This document shows positions 21,345 through 28,791 of a stretch of DNA of 64,000 nt, in pieces. The notes below the pieces were generated by a model. The model ran no database searches. It saw only the letters and a program-made list of their open reading frames with translations, and was not told the DNA's origin. This stretch comes from Bacteroidota bacterium. GTDB lineage: Bacteria > Bacteroidota > Bacteroidia > NS11-12g > UBA955. The stretch spans positions 20,631 to 84,630 of the forward strand of contig VGFS01000001.1 in assembly GCA_016868785.1 (NCBI GenBank), given 5' to 3'. The translations under genes were made by a program, and so were the position numbers. Position 1 is the stretch's first letter. Each line of letters starts with the position of its first letter.

Positions 21345-22670
21345 TTAATAGTGACACTTGGAACATTCCAATCCACCGTTCATGGCTGGTGTCAACTTAA
21401 CCTTGCCGTCGGCTGAAAAATACTTACTCTTGCTCTTGTTGGCAGCGATATCTTTCGCAGCTTTTTCATGTAAAGCCTTGTAGTAGTTGTTGTTGGCAAC
21501 ATCTACTTGCGCATTTCTGTGGCAATCGATACACCAACCCATTTGCAATGTACTGTGCTGCTGAACAACTTCCATTTTCTCCATGGCACCATGACACGTT
21601 TGACAATTTTGCTTGCCCACATTGACGTGCTGTGCGTGGTTAAAATAAGCGTGGTCCGGTAAGTTGTGAATTCTCACCCAACGAATCGGACGAGGATTTT
21701 TGCCATATTCTTCACCTGGCTTCGCTTCTGGATTGTAATCTAAAGCCGCATAAATTTTCTTTATTTCAGGAGAAATCTCTCCGTTGTATTTGTCGGTCAG
21801 TTGAACGCCCTTGTGACAGTTCATACAAGTATTCAGTGCAGGTATTGAGGCCTGTTTACTTTCCTCTACAGTTGAGTGACAATATTTACAATCCAACTTC
21901 AGTTCACCTGCATGCAGCTTGTGCGAAAAAGCAATGGGTTGTTTTGGTGCGTAACCTTTTTGAACACCCACCTCGGTGATTGAGAACTCAAATCCGTAAT
22001 AAGCACCTGCACCACCCAGAATCGCAAATGTAAACAGAGCTAAAACCACAGGATTTTTCTTGCCCCATTTCCCTGGAAGTATTTTCTCAAAGAAACCCTT
22101 TTTGGGCGCATTCAATGCTGCTAATTCTTCTCGATTTTTCTCAGACGCTACACGTTTGAGCGTATTTTTCACGCGGGCCAAAATAAGTAGCACTACGCTG
22201 AAAATCCCCACTAAAACCAACAGAATATACAACGTTGTACTGTCGTCTTTGGGTTGATTGGCATCTGCAACAACTGCTACAGCTTTTTGGGGCTCGGGTG
22301 CAGTTTTGATGTATTCAACAATATCCAACACGTTGGCTGGAGTCAAGTTCTCGAAAATGTTCATGGCCGCTCCACCGTATTCGGCATAAAGCGCAATCGC
22401 ATCAGGGTCTTTGGTTACCTTCCGGAACTTCTCGTTGTTACGAACCCATTGAATCAACCATTCTTCTGAGCGACGAGTGTGTACGCCTCTCAAGGCAGGA
22501 CCCACTACTTTTTTGTCTAAAGCGTGACAGCTACCACAGTTGTTGGCTTCGTACAACTTTTTTCCGTTTTCGGCATTGGGCTTGTCTTGAGCGTAAGAGG
22601 ATACAGAAACAGCCATCAAGGCTGACAGCATCCACACTTTCATTTGTCTAGCAATCGTGTTTGTGAACAT
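21345..22670 (-). CDS. actA: alternative complex III subunit ActA (multihaem cytochrome c) with extra N-terminal monohaem domain (6 CxxCH)
   Basis: Signal peptide. CGSCH in an N-terminal class-I-like domain, then two TM helices, then CKYCH, CMNCH, CQTCH, CIDCH, CSKCH. Confidence 0.8.
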   Translation of the reverse strand: MFTNTIARQMKVWMLSALMAVSVSSYAQDKPNAENGKKLYEANNCGSCHALDKKVVGPALRGVHTRRSEEWLIQWVRNNEKFRKVTKDPDAIALYAEYGGAAMNIFENLTPANVLDIVEYIKTAPEPQKAVAVVADANQPKDDSTTLYILLVLVGIFSVVLLILARVKNTLKRVASEKNREELAALNAPKKGFFEKILPGKWGKKNPVVLALFTFAILGGAGAYYGFEFSITEVGVQKGYAPKQPIAFSHKLHAGELKLDCKYCHSTVEESKQASIPALNTCMNCHKGVQLTDKYNGEISPEIKKIYAALDYNPEAKPGEEYGKNPRPIRWVRIHNLPDHAYFNHAQHVNVGKQNCQTCHGAMEKMEVVQQHSTLQMGWCIDCHRNAQVDVANNNYYKALHEKAAKDIAANKSKSKYFSADGKVKLTPAMNGGLECSKCHY

Positions 22671-22687
22671 TGTCTTTTTTCGCGATG

Positions 22688-22695
22688 CAAATATA
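22688..22695 (-). promoter_or_regulatory. candidate -7 box (TATATTTG on minus strand) for act operon, embedded in inverted repeat TTTTTCGCG...CGCGAAAAA
   Basis: Reverse complement of CAAATATA 22688-22695 is TATATTTG, about 18 nt upstream of the actA ATG. Confidence 0.3.
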
Positions 22696-22911
22696 CAAAA
22701 TGCCCAGACCGCGAAAAAGTAAATTGTTCACAGAGTTTCAATTTAAAATCAATCTAAACAAATTCTATACTGCAATGAAATACTGCGAATTATAAAATAA
22801 GAAACTCAACCTAAAATTGGATTTCCACATTGCCAATCGCGGATTGTACAGCCACGGAAACACGAAGATTAACACAATATTACCGAAAGTGAACAATCCC
22901 GAATTTACTCA

Positions 22912-23847
22912 CTAAGATTTCAACCAATCTAGGTAATTGATGTAGCTTGCGGTGGCTAACTGAGAGTAGTTCTGAGAGGAATTACCGAAGGCCCCTGCCT
23001 GGGTTTTCCATAATTTCATGATGAGTTCCTCCCCTGTTCTCACCTCACCTACTGCTGTAACTGCTTTGCGAACATTGCCAGCTCCTGCATTATACACATG
23101 CATTACAAGTAATTGAAACCAAAGTTGATCCACATCGGGTTGTAATCCTGCCGACATGGCCATGCGCGTGGCATTGGGAATACAGTAATCACGCATCAGC
23201 TTTGCGGCTGCCATACTGCTAAGTTCGAAATTATGTCGATCATCCCTACTGCTGCTCACAACCAAACCATACTTCCTCGCTACAAAGGGCATCAATTGGT
23301 AATATCCCACCGCCCCACTGATAGAACGGGCTCTGGGATTATTGGGTGATTCAATCAACAAAATCAACTGGGCATAGATGGGATTGACCCCTATTTCATC
23401 GAATACTCTTTTGGCATCATCGACCAAGGGACCCACCTTTTGAAAATCAAAGAATTCGCGCTTACCCCTGACAAACTTTACCAATTCGCAGGTTTCATAA
23501 CCAAAGGTATCCCGATAACACTGAGCAGTTTGCTCCAATCCATCAGCATTCACCAGAGAATCCAAAAGCTTGGCAGAAATCACATCCATCATATTGCGAC
23601 TATCTTTATGCACCACTAAGGCAGAGTCTTTGGTCAGCAAAATGACTTTTTGCCAAACCTGAACAGCGGGTTGTTTCCTGAAAAAATCCAATTGTTCTGA
23701 TGGCACTATCACGCAATGAAAGGAATCCCTGGGCAGGGTTTTCGTGGGTTTGGTGGTTGACTGACAGGAAGCAACAGAGCTAAAACCCAAAAACAACATC
23801 AACCCAAGTGCATTCATCCAAACATCGTTTAATCCTTTTACTTTCAT
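22912..23847 (-). CDS. lytic transglycosylase (SLT domain) with signal peptide
   Basis: SLT family-1 motifs: ES..N (IESPNNPRARS) and GAVGYYQLM. 311 aa. Confidence 0.7.
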   Translation of the reverse strand: MKVKGLNDVWMNALGLMLFLGFSSVASCQSTTKPTKTLPRDSFHCVIVPSEQLDFFRKQPAVQVWQKVILLTKDSALVVHKDSRNMMDVISAKLLDSLVNADGLEQTAQCYRDTFGYETCELVKFVRGKREFFDFQKVGPLVDDAKRVFDEIGVNPIYAQLILLIESPNNPRARSISGAVGYYQLMPFVARKYGLVVSSSRDDRHNFELSSMAAAKLMRDYCIPNATRMAMSAGLQPDVDQLWFQLLVMHVYNAGAGNVRKAVTAVGEVRTGEELIMKLWKTQAGAFGNSSQNYSQLATASYINYLDWLKS

Positions 23848-23882
23848 TGCAACTTCTTTCTTCTTTTGATTAGCTCACGTCA

Positions 23883-24917
23883 TTATTTGCAGTGTGCATC
23901 CAACCATTTTTTGGCGGCTTTCTCTCCCAATTGAAAACTTCTTTCCCAATCTACGCAAGCCAACCCCACTTTGCCCTGGTTGTACCTGGCGATACCTCTT
24001 CCCAAATAGGCATAGGCTGGCGAACCATTTTTCATTTTGATGGATTTGCTCAACCACTCATCGGCTTCTTGCCATTTTTCCTGTTGCAACAAACAATGTC
24101 CATAGTCTGCGAGCAAATCAGGGTCATTGGGTGAGGTTTTCAGTAGTTCTGAATACACTGTGGCTGCCTCATCGATGCGATTCAAATAAAACAAGGCATC
24201 GCCCTTGTAACGCAAGAAACCTAAATTTTTCGGATCACCAACCAACATCTCATCAACCAAATTCAAACAAGTGGCATATTGTTCTGCCTGAAAAGTGGCA
24301 TACACATAGTGAGTCTTAACCGCTTTACTATTTGGGTATTTCGCATAGGTTGATCCCAGAATTTTGGCGTACACAGGCACTTGCTTAATCTTTTCAAAAT
24401 GTTGCAGTTGTTTGATCCCGAAGCGATAAATTGTGAAGAAATCATCCCCTAATTGCTGATACAACCATTCAAAATCTGATTGGAAGGTTTCGTATTCAGA
24501 CAACAACATCGACAGTTCCATGCGCTCTATGTGGGCGAAAGTATCCTGAGCGACACCTCCCAAGTATCGGTTAATATCGCTATATGCAAACTGATAATTC
24601 TCTGTTTCCTTGTAGGCAATGTAACGATACAAATACGTTTGAATACGATTAGGATTCAGCAAAATTGCCTTGTTAAAATCAACCACTGCAGAGCCAAAAT
24701 CTTTCATGTGCACACGAACCACGCCGCGTGTAACCCAAGCAATATCCTCGTGCGGCTTCATGTCTACCGCTTGATCCAAACTCACAATGGCCGTTGTGTA
24801 ATCCCCTTTTTCATCGGAGCGAAGTCCGAACGACATTAGTTGATCAAAGGTGTACTGAGCCGTTGCCACTCGGAATAATAATGAAAATAGAATGATGAGG
24901 GGAAGACGTTTTTGCAT
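23883..24917 (-). CDS. tetratricopeptide-repeat protein (secreted)
   Basis: Signal peptide and multiple 34-aa TPR-like repeats (W/Y-x-x-G/A patterns). Confidence 0.6.
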   Translation of the reverse strand: MQKRLPLIILFSLLFRVATAQYTFDQLMSFGLRSDEKGDYTTAIVSLDQAVDMKPHEDIAWVTRGVVRVHMKDFGSAVVDFNKAILLNPNRIQTYLYRYIAYKETENYQFAYSDINRYLGGVAQDTFAHIERMELSMLLSEYETFQSDFEWLYQQLGDDFFTIYRFGIKQLQHFEKIKQVPVYAKILGSTYAKYPNSKAVKTHYVYATFQAEQYATCLNLVDEMLVGDPKNLGFLRYKGDALFYLNRIDEAATVYSELLKTSPNDPDLLADYGHCLLQQEKWQEADEWLSKSIKMKNGSPAYAYLGRGIARYNQGKVGLACVDWERSFQLGEKAAKKWLDAHCK

Positions 24918-25028
24918 TGCGGGGATAAAACAAAAATCCGACCAAAATTGTCATTCATGCATCGGGGATATCTACAAACGTTGGATTGTCTAATTGTGAG
25001 GACTCAATTCCATTACTTTTGCAAAAAC

Positions 25029-25763
25029 ATGACTGAACAAATCGTACATCGCAGAAAGGAACACTTATTCTTGGTTTTGGGTATGTTGTTTCTCACCAAC
25101 GCCATCGTGGCTGAGTTTATAGGCGCTAAAATATTTTCTTTGGAAAAAAGTTTGGGGATGGCTCCTGCAAACATTTCATTGCTGGGGGGGACTTTTAACT
25201 TCGACATGACCTCCGGGGTAATTTTGTGGCCCATCGTTTTTATACTGACCGATTTGATCAATGAATATTACGGCAAAAAGGGCGTTCAGAAGCTTTCATG
25301 GATTGCAGCGGGGTTGCTGGTTTACGCTTTCGTTGCTGTGCGATTGGCCATGAATTTGAAAGGTGCGGATTTTTGGCTGAGCAGTGGACAAAACCAAGGC
25401 TTAGGTGATATGTCGTCGGCGTTCAATGCTGTTTTTGGCCAAGGGCTGATGATTATTATAGGTTCCTTGGTGGCCTTTTTGGTAGGTCAGATCGTGGATG
25501 CCATCATTTTCACCAAATTAAAAGAAATGACGGGGGAAAAATTCATTTGGTTGAGGGCTACTGGAAGCACGGTGGTAAGCCAATTTATTGATAGTTACAT
25601 CGTGTTGGTGATTGCTTTTTACCTCGGCGGCAAATACGATTTGATTTGGGTGTTGCAGGTTGGAACAATCAACTATATGTACAAATTGGGCATGGCTATT
25701 TGTTTATTGCCCTTACTATACGGGGTGCATGCGGTCATAGACCGTTATTTGGGTATCAGGTAA
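25029..25763 (+). CDS. yhhQ: queuosine precursor transporter (YhhQ/VUT family)
   Basis: LWPIVFILTDLINEYYGKKG and polytopic topology. Start set at ATG 25029 (MTEQIV...). The upstream 39 codons of the track ORF overlap the TPR gene and promoter. Confidence 0.7.
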   Translation: MTEQIVHRRKEHLFLVLGMLFLTNAIVAEFIGAKIFSLEKSLGMAPANISLLGGTFNFDMTSGVILWPIVFILTDLINEYYGKKGVQKLSWIAAGLLVYAFVAVRLAMNLKGADFWLSSGQNQGLGDMSSAFNAVFGQGLMIIIGSLVAFLVGQIVDAIIFTKLKEMTGEKFIWLRATGSTVVSQFIDSYIVLVIAFYLGGKYDLIWVLQVGTINYMYKLGMAICLLPLLYGVHAVIDRYLGIR

Positions 25764-26388
25764 AAGCCAGCATGAGTCCTGACAGAATCATCACGATTCC
25801 CGTGATAAGTCCGGCATTGTGTTCTAGGCGATGTGAATTCCAGCGTTCTAGGCATTGAAAACCGATCCACACGCCACCCATCATACTCAACCAAGTGGTA
25901 AGGGAATAGACCAAGACGAGCGTGATGATCACGCTCCACCCGAGAGGAGCGAGGGTGAAGAAATACGATTCTATCTCCATGCAGGGCGATAAAAACAACG
26001 AGAATAATACCACACCAAAAGCCCACTTACCTTCTTGATTGGTGGCATTTTGGGGGAATTGAAAATGGTGGTGGCGGTGATGTCTATACAAAAACCAGAG
26101 ACCCAAAAGCACCATCAACAGTGATCCCAAAGTTTCAAAATGAGCATCGGCGAACCAACGTGAGGCAGCATTTGAGGCTTGAAGACCCATCATTGTAAGT
26201 TGAGCTACTGCGAGGCCAATAATCACGGTGCCTCCAGCATGAGCAATGGCTGCTAATCCCGTGTATCTCAACGTTTGCGATTTTGTCCAACCCATCTTTT
26301 TGGCGAGTGCCAAAAATGGCAGCCAGTGGCCAGGAATAAATCCGTGCAATACGCTAATCATAAACGCCGCGATGAGTTGTTCTGTCAT
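25756..26388 (-). CDS. His-rich polytopic membrane protein, HupE/UreJ- or RcnA-like putative Ni/Co transporter
   Basis: HGFIPGHW motif in TM1 and a HHRHHHF loop. 210 aa with 6 predicted TM helices. Family assignment uncertain. Confidence 0.3.
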   Translation of the reverse strand: MTEQLIAAFMISVLHGFIPGHWLPFLALAKKMGWTKSQTLRYTGLAAIAHAGGTVIIGLAVAQLTMMGLQASNAASRWFADAHFETLGSLLMVLLGLWFLYRHHRHHHFQFPQNATNQEGKWAFGVVLFSLFLSPCMEIESYFFTLAPLGWSVIITLVLVYSLTTWLSMMGGVWIGFQCLERWNSHRLEHNAGLITGIVMILSGLMLAFT

Positions 26389-26408
26389 TTCAACAAAGAT
26401 AGCGATGA

Positions 26409-26442
26409 AAAAAGAAAAGCCCCGCCGAAGCGAGGCTTTTCC
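26409..26442 (-). terminator. rho-independent terminator downstream of rpsA (minus strand)
   Basis: GCCTCGC-TTCG-GCGGGGC hairpin followed on the minus strand by TTTTCTTTTTT. Confidence 0.55.
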
Positions 26443-26457
26443 ATCGTTTGATTAAAT

Positions 26458-28752
26458 TTAGAGTGATTTGGCTTCTTCCATCCATTTACCCCACTGATCA
26501 GCAGATATTTTTGAATCTTCTGCAGTCATTGCGGCAATTTTGTCTCCGGTCAAACCTTTCAAGTCATCGATGCTATTCACACCCAAAGCAATCATGCGCT
26601 TTTCCATTGCTGGACCTACACCTGAAAGTGATTTCAAGGTAGCGGCACTGGCAGTTGAAGTTTCTTCTTTTGCAGTTTCTACTTTAACGGCTTTTACTTT
26701 AACAGTTTCTGCTTTTTCAGTTTCTGCTTTTTCAGATTTTGCTTTTTCAGATTTTGCTTTTGACTCGTTTTTTTCAGCTTTTTCGAACTGAGCGCGCAAG
26801 GCTGTCAAGGCATCCAACTCACCGAATGTTGATTTTTCAGAAGTTTGGTTGATTTTCTTAACAACTTTGGTTGCGTTCTTGCGGGCTTTGTCTTTGGCGT
26901 TGTTTTCAGCCTCTTTGCTAGCTCTTTCAGCACTTTTCCAGATGTTGGTGTGAGAAACGATGATACGCTTGGCATCTTTTGAAAACTCGATTACTTCGAA
27001 TTCCAACGTTTCGTCATCAGACATAGTGGTGTTATTAGCCTTCTTGATATGACGTGATGGCGCAAATGCTTCAACACCGTATTGCATTTGGATTGTAGCA
27101 CCTTTGTCGTTCACCGACATTACAGTACCCTCATGGATTGAGCCGATTGAGAAAATATTCTCAAAAGTTTCCCATGGGTTTTCTTCCAATTGCTTGTGGC
27201 CCAAGCTCAAGCGGCGGTTTTCTTTGTCCACTTCCAATACAACCACTTCCAATTTTTCACCTTTTTTGGTGAACTCACTTGGGTGCTTGATTTTCTTGTT
27301 CCAACTCAAGTCAGAAACGTGTACCAAACCATCAATTCCCTCTTCCAATTCCAAGAACAAACCGTATGAAGTCAAATTCTTAACCACTCCAGAATGTTTG
27401 CTGTTAACCGCATACTTATTCTCGATATCAATCCAAGGATCTTGAGTTAATTGTTTAATGCCCAACGACATTTTGTGCTCGGAACGATCCAATGAAAGTA
27501 CCAAAGCTTCTACGTCGTCACCCACTTTCAGGTATTCTGAAGGGTTGCGCAAATGTGAACTCCAGCTCATTTCACTTACGTGAACCAAACCTTCCACACC
27601 TGGCTTGATTTCGATGAAAGCACCGTAATCAGCAACAGAAACAACCTTACCGCTTACTTTGGTACCTTCCAAAATATCAGCTGTTAAGTTATCCCATGGG
27701 TGAGAAGTCAATTGCTTCAAGCCCAATGAAATACGCTTCTTGGTATCATCATAATCCAAGATAACCACTTGAATACGGTCGTCGAGTTTCAACACCTCTT
27801 CTGGGTGGTTGATACGACCCCAAGAGATATCCGTGATGTGCAACAAACCGTCGATACCACCCAAATCTACGAACACACCGAATGATGTCATGTTTTTCAC
27901 AACACCTTCCAATACTTGTCCTTTTTCCAATTTCGACAAAATCACAGATTTCTGTGCTTCGATATCGTCTTCAATCAGGGCTTTGTGAGATACAACTACG
28001 TTTTTGTATATTTCATTGATTTTAACAATCTTGAAATCCATATTTTTACCTACGTACTGATCGTAATCACGTACGGGTTTGGTATCAATTTGTGAACCAG
28101 GCAGGAACGTATCAAAACTGAATACATCTACCACCAAACCACCTTTGGTTCTGCTGCGAACATAACCTGTAACAATGGCGTCGTTGTTGTGTGCTTCAAC
28201 AATTTTCTCCCAAGCAGTTTCTTGCAAAGCTTTCTTTCTGCTCAAAATCAATTGACCCATTTTGTCTTCAGCGATGTCTACAAATACTTCAACTTCATCG
28301 CCCAGTGCCAAATTGGGAACATCACGGAATTCAGTGCGAGGTACAAGACCATCGCTCTTGAATCCAATGTTCACAACCACGTCTTTTTCGTTCATACCCA
28401 CAACAGTACCTTTTACCACTTGTTTTTCAACAACCGGTTGGAAAGTAGAGTTGTAAGCATCCTCAAGACGCTTGCGCTCATCGTTAGAATAAGACTCGAA
28501 GCCGGCTTCATCGGCTCCCCAGTCGAAATCGTCATGTGCTGCTGCTACAGCTGCTTTGGTGTTTTTTGCCTTAGAAACTTCTACGGTTTCCTCGATGGCT
28601 TGTTCGTTTTTTTCGTTTGTCAAGAAATAGTTCCTCCTTTGATCGAGCGGCAAAATTAGTGAATTATTGTGGAATAATCGAGAAAAAGACAGATTTTGGA
28701 ATATTTGCAAATAGTTGTATCCGTGCAACTTGGATTTTTTCAATTTTCGCAA
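26458..28752 (-). CDS. rpsA: 30S ribosomal protein S1 with about 150-aa C-terminal Lys/Glu-repeat + helix-hairpin-helix extension
   Basis: Six S1 (OB-fold) repeats. True start may be TTG at 28623 (MTNEKNEQ...) because the upstream 43 codons look like leader sequence. C-terminus has KAKSEKAKSEKAETEKAE repeats and LKSLSGVGPAMEKRMIALGVNSIDDL. Confidence 0.85.
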   Translation of the reverse strand: MRKLKKSKLHGYNYLQIFQNLSFSRLFHNNSLILPLDQRRNYFLTNEKNEQAIEETVEVSKAKNTKAAVAAAHDDFDWGADEAGFESYSNDERKRLEDAYNSTFQPVVEKQVVKGTVVGMNEKDVVVNIGFKSDGLVPRTEFRDVPNLALGDEVEVFVDIAEDKMGQLILSRKKALQETAWEKIVEAHNNDAIVTGYVRSRTKGGLVVDVFSFDTFLPGSQIDTKPVRDYDQYVGKNMDFKIVKINEIYKNVVVSHKALIEDDIEAQKSVILSKLEKGQVLEGVVKNMTSFGVFVDLGGIDGLLHITDISWGRINHPEEVLKLDDRIQVVILDYDDTKKRISLGLKQLTSHPWDNLTADILEGTKVSGKVVSVADYGAFIEIKPGVEGLVHVSEMSWSSHLRNPSEYLKVGDDVEALVLSLDRSEHKMSLGIKQLTQDPWIDIENKYAVNSKHSGVVKNLTSYGLFLELEEGIDGLVHVSDLSWNKKIKHPSEFTKKGEKLEVVVLEVDKENRRLSLGHKQLEENPWETFENIFSIGSIHEGTVMSVNDKGATIQMQYGVEAFAPSRHIKKANNTTMSDDETLEFEVIEFSKDAKRIIVSHTNIWKSAERASKEAENNAKDKARKNATKVVKKINQTSEKSTFGELDALTALRAQFEKAEKNESKAKSEKAKSEKAETEKAETVKVKAVKVETAKEETSTASAATLKSLSGVGPAMEKRMIALGVNSIDDLKGLTGDKIAAMTAEDSKISADQWGKWMEEAKSL
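26690..26775. repeat. 15-nt tandem repeats (TTCTGCTTTTTCAGT x2, TTTTGCTTTTTCAGA x2) encoding KSEKA/ETEKA low-complexity tract in rpsA
   Basis: Direct tandem repeats are visible in the sequence and may vary in copy number. Confidence 0.4.
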
Positions 28753-28791
28753 ACATTCAAAACGAAAATTCTTGTAGGTTTGCCATTAGGT

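Noticed and set aside
24912-25028. Upstream 39 codons of the yhhQ track ORF (MHCGDKTKIRPKLSFMHRGY...)
   Set aside because: They overlap the convergent TPR gene end and contain the TACTTTTG promoter box. The conserved YhhQ sequence begins at MTEQIV (ATG 25029).
24918-25028. Possible preQ1 riboswitch upstream of the queuosine-precursor transporter
   Set aside because: There is no CCC...UAAAAAACUA-type aptamer hairpin or pseudoknot. The consensus promoter box lies only 7 nt from the ATG, leaving no room for a structured leader.
28696-28791. ORF-track start of the 970-aa membrane/TPR protein
   Set aside because: It would overlap the rpsA 5' coding region on the opposite strand by at least 57 nt and reads as low-complexity sequence. 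ATG 28792 (MAKTVSN) was chosen instead.
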